59,410 bases of DNA from a virus (lineage: Duplodnaviria; Caudoviricetes). Below are positions 27,486 through 37,451 of the stretch, piece after piece. The DNA lies in IMG/VR virus record IMGVR_UViG_3300020021_000010, positions 1-59,410 of that record; one strand, written 5' to 3'. Every line of letters starts with the position of its first letter. Position 1 is the first letter of the stretch. Below the pieces are notes generated by a model. It saw nothing but the letters and a program-made list of their open reading frames with translations. It was not told the origin of the DNA and made no database searches. The position numbers were made by a program, and so were the translations under genes.

Positions 27486-28817
27486 CTAGTCCTTGAACGG
27501 GTCGAAGATGTCCGCGCCGGCCATAGCCACGCCGATAGGCGTGAGCGTGTGCAGGATGCGAATCGTGTCCTTATGGGCGTCAAGAACCGCGTCGAGGCGC
27601 TTGTAAGCACCTGGCGCCTCGTCTGCCGCTGCCCCGCGAAGCTCGATGTGTTTCTCCCGCATTGAGTTCTGCACGTCGGGCCAGTCGATCACTCCCGGAC
27701 GCACCTGCTCGGTGACCGTGCGTTTGAGTAGCTTCCCGTCCGGGTGATCGGGGCACGGGATGCGTTCTCCGCCCGCGAGCTGCTTGTCGCGCGGCGCGCG
27801 GTAGGAGCAGTCGCGGTCGTTGCACTCCCAGACGTTGAAGCGTCGCGTCTTACCGGCGGCTTGGGTTCTGCTCATCACCCGCCCGGCGCCGTGAACGGTG
27901 CTGTAGAGCAAGCTCTCGCCCGCGGGTGACTCGATGCCTTCGAGGATCACCGAGGGCTCGCCCATCGTCGCGCCGACGAAACCCTGCTGTCCGGGGAATG
28001 CCGGTGTGCAGCCCTTGCGGATCACCCACACGTCCTCCCCCTGGTGCATCTCTTTCCAGGCGAAGTTGTGGTGGTTGTGGACCTCCTCTAGCGCGTCGGC
28101 TCCAAGGATGTCCAGCACCTTTTGGACGACTAGGTCGCGTCCGGCATAGGCGTACTCTCCTGCGAGCGTCATCGCCTCGATATACGCCTGTCCTAGCTCG
28201 CTGTCGGTGCGGAACAGGACGGGCGGACTGTCCATCTCGCCATCGGCGGCGTGCTCGCCGAACTGCTTGCCCTGCGCGAGTGCGAGGAAGCCGCTGGCGG
28301 TCTTGTGGCCGAACCCGCGTGAACCGAAGTGCACGCCGACCCATAGCCAGCCGTCCTCGTCCCCGAACAGGTCGACGTAGTGGTTGCCGGAGCCGACCGT
28401 GCCGAGCTGGTTGCTCGCGGTCTGCGTGAGTTTGCGTTGCGGGGCAAACTCGGCGTGCGCGATCGAATCCAGCACCGAATGGTCGACCGGCTCGTCGTTG
28501 ACACGCCCCACCCCGAAGCTGATGCGCGCCACGATCTCGTCCATAGTCTTCGCGACCGCCCCGTGGAGCAGCCCGTCATAGCGGAGGTCGTCGACCCGGA
28601 TGTTCGTCCGGACCGCCTTGTTACCGCAGCCGATGTCATAGCCCACACCAGACGGACTGATCTGGCCCCGATACGCCACCACCCCACCGATCGGCTGGCT
28701 ATAGCCGACATGTCCATCGGCGCAGATCGCGGCGCCTAGCGCGTCGCCCTCGTCCGCACAGCGCACGAGCTGCTCAATCGCGCGCTGGTCTACATCTCCC
28801 CGAGTCGTGACGTTCAT
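27486..28817 (-). CDS. rtcB: RtcB-family RNA ligase with zinc-ribbon insertion
   Basis: DGHVGY, GYDIGCG, GSGNHY, HFGSRG, HNHHN, RKG, HGAGR, DEAPGAYK motifs all intact. Confidence 0.95.
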   Translation of the reverse strand: MNVTTRGDVDQRAIEQLVRCADEGDALGAAICADGHVGYSQPIGGVVAYRGQISPSGVGYDIGCGNKAVRTNIRVDDLRYDGLLHGAVAKTMDEIVARISFGVGRVNDEPVDHSVLDSIAHAEFAPQRKLTQTASNQLGTVGSGNHYVDLFGDEDGWLWVGVHFGSRGFGHKTASGFLALAQGKQFGEHAADGEMDSPPVLFRTDSELGQAYIEAMTLAGEYAYAGRDLVVQKVLDILGADALEEVHNHHNFAWKEMHQGEDVWVIRKGCTPAFPGQQGFVGATMGEPSVILEGIESPAGESLLYSTVHGAGRVMSRTQAAGKTRRFNVWECNDRDCSYRAPRDKQLAGGERIPCPDHPDGKLLKRTVTEQVRPGVIDWPDVQNSMREKHIELRGAAADEAPGAYKRLDAVLDAHKDTIRILHTLTPIGVAMAGADIFDPFKD

Positions 28818-29299
28818 GCTGCCTCCTTATCGTCGGTGACGTCTTCGAGTGTCCTGATTGCCGTCTCGTAGCGCCGTTTTAGGGACTGCCAGCGGCGAGC
28901 ACTAGCTAAGCCCTCCTCGCTGATATTGCATTCGAGTGGGATGCGAAAGAGGTTGTCTTTCAGGTCTGCGAGCTTGACCTCACGGGCGAGATCCCCCGCG
29001 CCGAAGATGTCTTCGCAGCGAGCGATACGGCCGATGTAATCGGCGTAGGTGCAATGTCCGCGGGTGAGAATGCCTAGGGCGTGGGCGTCGCCCACGGGCA
29101 GACCAAGGTGTGTAGCCACAGTCATCCAATCATCCGATCCGTCCTCGCAGACGTCGTGTAGTGCCGCGACGACCTTCGCCTCGTCGCTCACCGCTTCCAC
29201 CACTCTGAGGATGTGGAGGAGATACGGCTGGCCCTGTTTGTCGACCGTCGCCGCGTGTGCGCGGATCGCAATCTGGAGGGCTGCTGCCAGATCGCTCAT
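28814..29299 (-). CDS. HD-domain phosphohydrolase (SpoT/MESH1-like)
   Basis: A..AH....DK.G.PY..H..RV, ALHDV.ED, VKLADL.DN. Confidence 0.85.
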   Translation of the reverse strand: MSDLAAALQIAIRAHAATVDKQGQPYLLHILRVVEAVSDEAKVVAALHDVCEDGSDDWMTVATHLGLPVGDAHALGILTRGHCTYADYIGRIARCEDIFGAGDLAREVKLADLKDNLFRIPLECNISEEGLASARRWQSLKRRYETAIRTLEDVTDDKEAA

Positions 29300-29988
29300 G
29301 CGGCCATCTCCTCGTGTAGCTCGGGGAACTCCTCCTCCGACCAGACCTCCCACCACATGAGCCCCGCGTTCGTGAGGATCTGGTCTGCTACGTCAAGCTG
29401 GACGCGTTGACGTTCCCCGGTCTTCCAGGCGAACAGGCTCCGGGGGGTGAAGCCGAGCTCCTCACCCAACTGGTCGATGCTGTCCCTTGACTCGGCCATG
29501 CCCAGTAGGAGGTCAGCGAGTGGCTTAGCTGGCAATTCGGGGAGGTTCTCGCGAACCTTCCTAGCGTGGGCGATGTGCCGCATGACGGGCTTGCCGGAGC
29601 GCTCGGCTCTCAAGGCGTGCTGTATGCGTCTGTTTTCCAGCCATCTCGCGTGACTCTGCGAGTCGGCGAAGACGCGCTCCTTGTAGCGCAGTCTTGCGGC
29701 CCGGGCCTTCTCTGGGTTCCGTTTGCGCCAGTTTCGTTGCAGCCTGTTCTTGGCAACGCGATCCCTGGCGCTCCACTCGGGGTCCTTCTTGCGCCTCGCC
29801 TGCAACTCCAGTTTCCGTTTCGCAGCACAGGGCTTGCATTCGTAGGCGCGGTTCGTGACCTCCCCCTGCTCGTTACGCGCCCCGACTGAGAAGTTCAACT
29901 CGTAGTCCTGCTCCACGCCGCAGTCACGGCAGACGCGGAGCTTCCGTCCCGTCTCGGGGTCTATGAACGTTTTGCGCTTCCCGCCCAT
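29296..29988 (-). CDS. Zn-finger plus HTH DNA-binding protein
   Basis: CRDC...CKPC, basic helix, C-terminal HTH (LGEELGFTPRSLFAWKTG). Confidence 0.55.
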   Translation of the reverse strand: MGGKRKTFIDPETGRKLRVCRDCGVEQDYELNFSVGARNEQGEVTNRAYECKPCAAKRKLELQARRKKDPEWSARDRVAKNRLQRNWRKRNPEKARAARLRYKERVFADSQSHARWLENRRIQHALRAERSGKPVMRHIAHARKVRENLPELPAKPLADLLLGMAESRDSIDQLGEELGFTPRSLFAWKTGERQRVQLDVADQILTNAGLMWWEVWSEEEFPELHEEMAA

Positions 29989-30311
29989 CAGGCAGCACTC
30001 CGTATTGGGTCCATCGCCTGCGCTGCGAGGTACTCGCGCATCTCCAGCGTGGCCGCCAGGTGCTCCGCGTGCCGGAACGCGCGTCGTGGCAAATGCCCCC
30101 GGTGAACGTCAGAGAGCGCGGCGAAGTTGTCGGGGTTGCCAGCAAGCTCGGGCCACCGATCGGACGGGAAGATGAGCCGTACTCGGTCGGCTGGCCGTCC
30201 GCATCCACAAGCGCACAGGCCACCCGTTCTATGCAGAGCGATTCGTTCTCCTGCCATACGAGATAGCTCTTCTAGGGAGAAGCAGGTCACGACGAGTTCT
30301 CCAGTAGCCAC
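29988..30311 (-). CDS. Degenerate HNH-like hypothetical protein
   Basis: CACGCG...PEL...PDN...L...H. Confidence 0.4.
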   Translation of the reverse strand: MATGELVVTCFSLEELSRMAGERIALHRTGGLCACGCGRPADRVRLIFPSDRWPELAGNPDNFAALSDVHRGHLPRRAFRHAEHLAATLEMREYLAAQAMDPIRSAA

Positions 30312-30506
30312 ATCTCGTCCTCAAGGTCGATCTTCCCCGGTGCCCACGGGTGAGCGTCGTAGATGGCCTCCATCCGTGTCGCGGGTAGCTGCGGGTCACC
30401 GTGACGGCAGAACGGCGACTGCTCGGCGTCGCGCACCGTTCCGCAGCGTGGGCAGTGGTAGCGGGTCATGCGTGCTGCTCCGTAGAGAGAGAAGCCGCGA
30501 TGAACA

Positions 30507-31283
30507 TCAAGCCACAATCTCAAGCTCAAGCTGAGCGGCGCACTGACATAGCCGGTTAGCGCGATCACGCCCGGGGCGACGGGCACCCCACCGGCACGGC
30601 AACCCGAGATCGGCCGCCTCGGACTCTCGTGGCTCGATCACCCGAGCAAACCAGTCGGGGTACAGCGCCTGGAGCATCTCCCGCTCGCCCTTCGACGCGA
30701 ACGCGCCGCAGTTGCACTCCCCAGAGCGATGCACGAGAGCGCTCGCGTCGGACTGTGGGATCTCGTGAAGCTCCCGGTAGGCGCGCATCTCCTCGTTCGA
30801 CCAGCGCAACAACGGGTTGACCCACACCTGCGCGCCGTCGCGATCGCACGCCTTCGCCTTCCCCATTCGTCTCTGCGACTCGCTGGCGCGAGCGCCGGCA
30901 AGCAGCATGATCCGGTCCGAGCGCTTCTGCTTGTGCTCGCGCACGAGCCGGTCGATCTGACGCTCCTTTAGCAGCGTGTACGCGTACATGTGCGCACCAG
31001 GGCCGGGCACGCCGTGCTTGCGCACCATCCGCTCGTACGCATCGCCAGCCTCGTAGACCAGCAGCTCGACATCGAGGCCCTCGCAGATCGCTTCCGCGTG
31101 CTCGCGAACCCCTGGCAGCGCCGTCCCGGTGTCGATGTGGACGGCCGCCGTGAGTTCGCTGCCGAGCCATCCCTGAACTGCGTGGAGCAGGACAGATGAA
31201 TCTCCACCGCCCGAGAACAGCGCGAAGATGCACTTCGGTTGATGCTCGTCGATCGCCGAATACAAAATCTCCCGTGCGCTCAC
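30507..31283 (-). CDS. PAPS reductase-family (adenine nucleotide alpha-hydrolase) protein
   Basis: FSGGGDS PP-loop, IDTG, GARASES.RR, NPL..W, SGEC.CG. Confidence 0.85.
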   Translation of the reverse strand: MSAREILYSAIDEHQPKCIFALFSGGGDSSVLLHAVQGWLGSELTAAVHIDTGTALPGVREHAEAICEGLDVELLVYEAGDAYERMVRKHGVPGPGAHMYAYTLLKERQIDRLVREHKQKRSDRIMLLAGARASESQRRMGKAKACDRDGAQVWVNPLLRWSNEEMRAYRELHEIPQSDASALVHRSGECNCGAFASKGEREMLQALYPDWFARVIEPRESEAADLGLPCRWGARRPGRDRANRLCQCAAQLELEIVA

Positions 31284-32132
31284 GACTCCTCCCCTCTCTT
31301 AGGGAGCCCGGAAGGATCTCTACGCCAGACGAAAACGCCGCCAGCCTCATCGTCGTCATCGGCGAAGGGGTCAAACTCCACCTCGATGTCGAAGCCCTGC
31401 TCGTGGACCTCGACCTGAACCCCACCCGAGGGGGTCGGCACGATTGAGGCTCTGCCCTGTTCGATCGCGTCGAGGAATACGCTGAAGGAGCGCAGCGTGT
31501 CCGGGTCGATCGGCTTGGCGCCATAGCTGTCCCAGTCCTCCTTCAGCTCAAGGAAGCCCGCCAGCGTGTCTGCGTAGCGGCTCATCGCGCGCACCCACTC
31601 GACCCCAGCTCCAAATCCTTGGAGATATCTGGATCAGTTTGGAGTTGGCCAGCCGATGATAGAAAGATAGAATCATTCCCGCATGCCCGCTCAGCGCGCT
31701 GGGCCTTCTCCTGACCGATCCGCAGCCACTTCGACAACGGCAGACGCAGCTTCCGAGCAAGCCGCCACGGGATTTCCCGCTCACGTTCGACATCCCAGCC
31801 GAACCCACGCTTCAATCTCGCCACCATCTCTACGCCGCCTTTTCTTTAGGGGAACACGCCTGCACGAGTAGCCCTCGCTGGCGCTCTGTCAAATCACCGA
31901 CATGCTTCTGCTCGCCGATCCTCAACCGGTTCAACACGCGGAATGCCGAGACTCGCCCCCACCTCCACTGACACGCCAGCAGGTCGAAGATCGGCATCGA
32001 GCTAGCACGCTCGTCCACCGGCGCATCCCCTATCGACAGGCTTCCACTGCCGATCTCACGCTTGAGTCCGGGGCGTCCTAGACGCACCTCGTTGGCACGA
32101 TCCAGAGCGTCCATGTACTGCGGCTGAGTCAC
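31280..32132 (-). other. Three small hypothetical genes (31280-31585, 31582-31827, 31830-32132)
   Basis: Coupled ORFs; first has L...WDSYGA.PI motif; third resembles an H2TH/mIHF-like fold (LL...RWG.V.A..VL..L.I...K.VG.LT.RQ). Confidence 0.5.
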
Positions 32133-33058
32133 GCGGCGACCTCGGCCTGGGCGAGGATCTGGCCATCTTCGTCGCACTCGTAGAGCACCTTGCACGACTT
32201 GGCCTTCAGCTTGTCCGGCCGCCCACCGCCGGTGATCACAACCGCGTCAGTGACCTTGATCTCACACGCCAGGAATCTCGTGCCGTTCGCGTACTTCTGG
32301 GCCATGAACGGACGCGGGGAGAAATGCAGCCCTCCGCCGCACTCCGGTCGCGTGCTCCAATCCGCGGCAGACGGCTTCGACCCAGGCTCGTATGTGGTCC
32401 CGTGGTCGCTCACCCAGTTCTCGTTGACGAGCTTGAAGACGGTCGCTTTCCCGCGCTTCACCTCGATGCCGTAGTAGTCGAGGAACTGCTCCATCGTCGT
32501 GATCTCGGGCACCTCGATGATGACGCCGGCACCCTTGGCCGTCGATGCCCGGCTCAGCTTGTGAATGGCGGTGTACTTAGATCCCCGCGCCGTGGCGTTG
32601 CCGAACAGCTGCGCCGTGGCGTTGTCGAACAGCTGCGCCGTGGCGTTGCCGGACAGCTGCGCCGTGGCGTTGCCGGACAGCCGCGCCGTGGCGTTGCCGG
32701 ACAGCCGCGCCGTGGCGTTGCCGGACAGCCGCGCCGTGGCGTTGTCGGACAGCTGCGCCGTGGCGTTGTCGAACAGCTGCGCCGCGGCGTTGCCGAACAG
32801 CTGCGCCGTGGCGTTGCCGAACAGCTGCGCCGTGGCGTTGTCGGACAGCTGCGCCGCGGCGTTGCCGAACAGCTGCGCCGTGGCGTTGCCGGACAGCTGC
32901 GCCGTGGCGTTGCCGAACAGCTGCGCCGTGGCGTTGTCGAACAGCTGCGCCGTGGCGTTGCCGGACAGCGAATAGAACCCCCCTCGGCAAATCGGAACTT
33001 CGCCGTTCGCTATGGCTTTCTCTAACTCCTGCTGACTCGACACGTTCACGAACTCCAC
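32129..33058 (-). CDS. Octapeptide-repeat (beta-solenoid) protein with C-terminal CGGGLHF domain
   Basis: AAAGGAG RBS before GTG 33058; 16 x L(S/F)(G/D)NA(T/A)A(Q/R). Confidence 0.8.
   Translation of the reverse strand: MEFVNVSSQQELEKAIANGEVPICRGGFYSLSGNATAQLFDNATAQLFGNATAQLSGNATAQLFGNAAAQLSDNATAQLFGNATAQLFGNAAAQLFDNATAQLSDNATARLSGNATARLSGNATARLSGNATAQLSGNATAQLFDNATAQLFGNATARGSKYTAIHKLSRASTAKGAGVIIEVPEITTMEQFLDYYGIEVKRGKATVFKLVNENWVSDHGTTYEPGSKPSAADWSTRPECGGGLHFSPRPFMAQKYANGTRFLACEIKVTDAVVITGGGRPDKLKAKSCKVLYECDEDGQILAQAEVAA
32585..32968. repeat. 16 tandem copies of a 24-bp coding repeat
   Basis: Unit c(t/c)gcgccg(t/c)ggcgttg(c/t)cg(g/a)acag, contiguous, 384 bp, no spacers. Confidence 0.95.
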
Positions 33059-33080
33059 GCGGTCTCCTTTGGTTGGTTGT

Positions 33081-33629
33081 TCATGCGGCGCTCTCGATCT
33101 CTCGCGGCTGTTCGATCCCCAAGCTGGAGAGCGGGTCCAACTTGCGGGGTCCATCACGATCTCCAGAGGCAAGTGAGGCGACCTCCCGGTGATCCGTCGT
33201 GTCACAGTGCTCGACCCACTTCGCCTCCAACTCCCGGCGGGTCTTCTCCCCCCAATCCGGATCGTCGAGAGGGAGTAGTCGAAGTCGATCCCAGCCCTGC
33301 CGTTGAACGAACGAGCCGATCAGGGGATGCTCACGACCCAAGCGCTCGAACGGGTCGGCGGCTTTCATCGCCTTGCGGAGAAGGATCAGCGTCTCGTCGA
33401 AGGTCGGCTGCGATGGGTCCTTCCGAGCATCGGCGAGGAACTCACTCACCGACGGGCGCCATTTCCGACCTTGCAACAACATGCGCTGAGCGGTCTCGCT
33501 CGCTAGGTCCGGCTCCATACCGTCGAGGGCGACGCGCCACGCTGCTCGAGCGGCGTCGTCGAAGTCTCCAGGCCACCACTCCTCCAGTAGCGCGCAGAAC
33601 GTCGTCCACTGCTCCTTCGTCCACTTCAC
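33081..33629 (-). CDS. Putative helicase loader / loader-inhibitor
   Basis: Directly after initiator; W...L..........A........K.RPSVSE pattern. Confidence 0.5.
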   Translation of the reverse strand: MKWTKEQWTTFCALLEEWWPGDFDDAARAAWRVALDGMEPDLASETAQRMLLQGRKWRPSVSEFLADARKDPSQPTFDETLILLRKAMKAADPFERLGREHPLIGSFVQRQGWDRLRLLPLDDPDWGEKTRRELEAKWVEHCDTTDHREVASLASGDRDGPRKLDPLSSLGIEQPREIESAA

Positions 33630-34429
33630 GTCGTCACCGCTTTCAGTAGGCCGCCTATGTGGGCGGCGTTAGATGCCTTGCGAGTCGTGCGCTCGGCCGT
33701 GGGTGCCGGTGCCGTTGCCTTCATCGAGAGCTGCGTGAACTTCTCCCGTAACTTCGGCATCGAGAGGATGTTGGAGCGCCAGAACTCATCCGCCTGGCAC
33801 CAGTCGATTACCCGCTCGACTTCCGCCACGGTGCGGTGGTCCTGGTCGAGCAGAAGCCGCGCGGCGTCCAGCCAACGACGGCTATCAGGGGCGACGTGGG
33901 CTCGGGGGTCGTTGCGGCGCATTGCCATCGTGAGCCGTTCGCACAAAGAGAGAACGTCTCTTCTTTCCTTCAGCGCTGTTAAAGCCTTTCTCTCTTTGTC
34001 CGAGATAGCTACCCCTTGTTTTGCCATAGGCAAGTTGCCATCCGGGTTGCCTACCTCTTGCCACCTCTTTGCCGCACCGAGGCGACCCGCCTCGCTACGC
34101 GCCTGCCTTAGCTGCTCCTCCTGCTCCGGTGTGCGGAACTCACTCCTAGAGCCAAAGTTGTGAATCAACCAGCCGCCGTCGACCTCAGTCCAAAGTGGGT
34201 TCTCCTCCCCTGGCGCTATCGAAGTAAGGGCAACAATGACAGCGTCGCGCTCGCGTTTCGCCGGCAGCTTTTCGATAACGAACGCCGCGCTCACGACGCC
34301 GCCTGTCGAGTTCTTGTGCGCGTAGCTGACGCTGAGCGCCCAAACCCCGATAGAGGAGTGGTGTAGGCCCCAGGCGTGGATTGCCTTTGGATGTCCGTAG
34401 AAGTCGCCATCGAGAACCCCTGAGCTCAC
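33626..34429 (-). CDS. Replication initiator protein
   Basis: N-term D.F..HPK...GGWLIHNF; C-term VIDW...DEFWRSNILS..KLREKF. Confidence 0.75.
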   Translation of the reverse strand: MSSGVLDGDFYGHPKAIHAWGLHHSSIGVWALSVSYAHKNSTGGVVSAAFVIEKLPAKRERDAVIVALTSIAPGEENPLWTEVDGGWLIHNFGSRSEFRTPEQEEQLRQARSEAGRLGAAKRWQEVGNPDGNLPMAKQGVAISDKERKALTALKERRDVLSLCERLTMAMRRNDPRAHVAPDSRRWLDAARLLLDQDHRTVAEVERVIDWCQADEFWRSNILSMPKLREKFTQLSMKATAPAPTAERTTRKASNAAHIGGLLKAVTT

Positions 34430-34986
34430 GTCATCGCGCCCTGCGTCCCGGCGTCCGTGCCGCTAGCGGTAGGCGACTTCATGTCGCCAAAGATCAAAAG
34501 TGCGCAGCCGAACGGCGGTCTCGCGTTCGGCTTGATCGTGTCCTCGCCGGGGTTGATGAACCGCTGCCTGCCGGCCAGGAACTCGACGGTGAGCCTTGAC
34601 CCTGGACGGTCACGGTCGGGCTCGATCCAGGTCTGCCACCACCGCTGCTCCGTGCGGTTCGCCGGCACAAGCGCGACCACGATCTCGGCAGGCGCTAGCG
34701 ATGCCTTGGCGATCCAGCGCTCGATGTCGGAGTACGGCGGATTCATCCACACGCGCTCACCCCTCCAGGCCTGTATCAGCCCGTCGACCTCCGGTGTGAA
34801 GTACCGTTCGCATTTCGCGTTGTGCGGCTCGGCGCACACGTCGAGCGTGAATCCGAACCGCTCGTTCAACGGGTCGAACAGCTCCGGCGGCGTAGCGCGT
34901 AGATCCACGATGGACCGCGCGCCGTTCTTCCCCACCTGCTGGGGATGGTTGCGGGCCTTGAAGCCGACTAAGTTCATGCCGCCCAT
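34426..34986 (-). CDS. Phage-type DNA N6-adenine methyltransferase
   Basis: TP.ELF..L...FGFTLDVCA...NAKC, DGL, WMNPPYS, VALVPA.RT...WW. Confidence 0.9.
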   Translation of the reverse strand: MGGMNLVGFKARNHPQQVGKNGARSIVDLRATPPELFDPLNERFGFTLDVCAEPHNAKCERYFTPEVDGLIQAWRGERVWMNPPYSDIERWIAKASLAPAEIVVALVPANRTEQRWWQTWIEPDRDRPGSRLTVEFLAGRQRFINPGEDTIKPNARPPFGCALLIFGDMKSPTASGTDAGTQGAMT

Positions 34987-37064
34987 CCCGTGTCCTGGTC
35001 AAACCCACAGTGCGAGCACAACCCGGCCGTGCTCGAGCGGAAGACGTTGCAGCCCTTGCACCGTGCTACCTGTCCGCTACGGGTCGTGTGCTGGCGTCTG
35101 AGGCGACGTTCGTGTAGATCGCTGGCGGACTGTTCGACGGTCTCGCGGGCTTGCTCCGCGAGCATCGAGACGAGGTGCCTCGCAGTTTGCACGTCGAGCT
35201 TGGCGTCCAGGTTCACCATCCGACCGGGACCTCCGGCTGGGGCGTTTTGTCGGTCACAGCAGCACGTAGCCGCACCATCGCCACGGTGGCATCCAGGCGG
35301 TTCTTAGGCTTCGGTATCCCGAGTAGCTCCAGAGCGACGAGGGCGATGTCTTTGTACTGCCCACGCGATGGTGGGAGATCCTCGGACCAGTACCCGTCAG
35401 GGCCTTCTATGTGGCTGGACGCGGCCATGGGGCTAGCCGAACTCGCTGATCTCTTCGACGCGCACCGCGCGCTGGATCACCTTGAAGTCGGCCGCCGGGA
35501 TCACTGCGAAGGTGCCCGACTTCAGCTCTCCGTCGTTCGCCTGCTCCGTGGCGACCTCGATCGCACGCCTCCGCGAGGAAGCTGAGATCGCCACCGGAGC
35601 GCCTGCCGTGTCGATACCGAGGACCGGCCTCCACGCCTCTGGGCCGGCTTCCTCGTCTGAAGTGATCGTCTCCGTCAGACGCAAGACAATGTAGCTCGGG
35701 TTCTTCGTGCGCTTCACTGCGGTTGGGTCGTCGGTCATCGTCTTTCCCTCTATGTCGATTTGGCCTGGAATCACGGTCGTCTGAAGTCGGGCTTGTGCGT
35801 CGTCTAACCCGGCCTGAAGATCACGGGCATCAGCGAGGAGTGACCGTCCCAACTCGCGGTCCCCGTGCGGGTTCTTCGGGTTTGCTAGAGCACGCCCCCA
35901 CTCGCGGATGTTGTGCAGGTTGCAGACGTGGCCCTCTCCCGTGGTCGAGCTTCCGACGACGGGCTCTTTGCAGCGCTTGACCTTGCATTTCCGCTCGGAT
36001 AGGGCGGTAGGGAGAGCGGGTGTCTCCAAGGTGCTCGGGGGCCTAAGCGTCATCGTCCATGGGAACGGCGGTCAGCCTGAATAGGGAGTCGAGGGCGTCG
36101 GCAGCCATACCGAGCTTGAACTGGACATCCTTGACATCCTCGAAGTCGGTGATGTCAAGGTTTTCCCATTGCTCGACGGCCTCGGGCAGCCATGCCGCGA
36201 CCTGGCGCCGGGCTTCCTCGCGGAGCACGTCGATGGCCTCCTGGCGCACCATTAGTGGTCGGTTGCCCTGCTCGATCTCGACCGACACTTCGTGACCCTC
36301 AACGGTCTTGGGCATCGTGCTCTCCTCTGATTGTGCGGAGCGCTGCTCGCGCTTCCGCCGTTAGAAGCAGCGCACGGAGGCACGCTGCGTTGTCCGCAAG
36401 TTTCCATCGGCAGTCCTTGACCGCCGCCGTGACTTTTCCACCGGAGCCCATCAGGATCGCCGTCCTTTCACCGTGAGGTTGAAGTGCCGGCCGTCCGCTT
36501 CTACCACCCAGAGGATCTCTTCGTCACCGCAGGAGACCTGGCGCTCAACTACACAACCCGCGTTCTCTAACTGCTCGACGATGGTTCTCGCCATGCCCTT
36601 GGAGGACGTGTCTGTGTGTGGCTCGGTGAGGGTGGCTGGGGTCATTCGACCGCTCCCGTGTAGTCGGGGTGCTTCGACTCAAGGTGACGCCGTAGCTGGA
36701 CAAATGAGCGCTTGCAGCACGGGCATGTCGCAGCCGCTGCGCGTTTGCGTGCCTTCGTGGCTACGCCCTTGTAGGCCCTCGCCGATGCTTCGGCCTGGTC
36801 TTGCGCTGCGCGGGCGTAGGCCGCCCGGTCCCGCTCTTCACGAAGCTGGCGAGTAAGGCGGTCGGCCGTCGATTCACCCGCCGGGATATGCGCGTGCCCT
36901 AGCGGACAGTACACCGTGACCGGATCGCCGCCCTGGTCCTGGACGCGTAGCTGGTGGCGCCGAAGCTCAGCGGGGATACCGTGACGCATCCCGCACCAGC
37001 ACTTGACGACAAGCAGCTCGCCCGCGTAGGTGAGCGTGTCTGACGGATTATGCAGCGCTGCCAT
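34974..37064 (-). other. Cluster of small hypothetical early genes (34974-35219, 35213-35428, 35433-36053, 36043-36315, 36451-36645, 36642-37064)
   Basis: Closely packed ORFs, several with CxxC zinc motifs (CKGC...CSHC; CPLGH...CPCC...H...KH). Confidence 0.55.
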
Positions 37065-37451
37065 CTAGGCCACCTCTCGTTCGTACTCATAGGGCGAAAG
37101 TGGACGCGCGGCGCTCAGCGAACCCTCAGCAGACGCTCGGGTTATGAGCCCCGCATCGCGCCCCTCTGGCGGTGTGACAGCACCGAGTACCCCAGATGGC
37201 GAGGGCGGCGTACTGGCGGTTCGCTCAACGTCGGGCTCGCTCACCTTCACGTACCGGCAGCCCTCAGCGGTCCCGTGCAGCAGCTCTCGGCCGGAATGTT
37301 TGATAATCCATCCCGCACGCTCCAGGTCCGCTATCCGCTCACTCGGGTTAGAGATGTACGCCTGCCGGAGCTCGAATGTATGCACACCGCGTTTACCGGC
37401 CTGGCGGAGCAGGCGGGCGACGATCTCTTTCTGCGGGGTTTTCTTCGCCAT
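37065..37451 (-). CDS. Winged-HTH protein
   Basis: I..LL...G..GV...EL......PS.RI.DL...GW.I. Confidence 0.6.
   Translation of the reverse strand: MAKKTPQKEIVARLLRQAGKRGVHTFELRQAYISNPSERIADLERAGWIIKHSGRELLHGTAEGCRYVKVSEPDVERTASTPPSPSGVLGAVTPPEGRDAGLITRASAEGSLSAARPLSPYEYEREVA

Noticed and set aside
27706-27840. Intein in RtcB
   Set aside because: Only ~45 aa, no C/S start with HN end
32585-32968. CRISPR array
   Set aside because: Repeats are contiguous with no unique spacers, 24 bp in frame within a CDS; no cas genes
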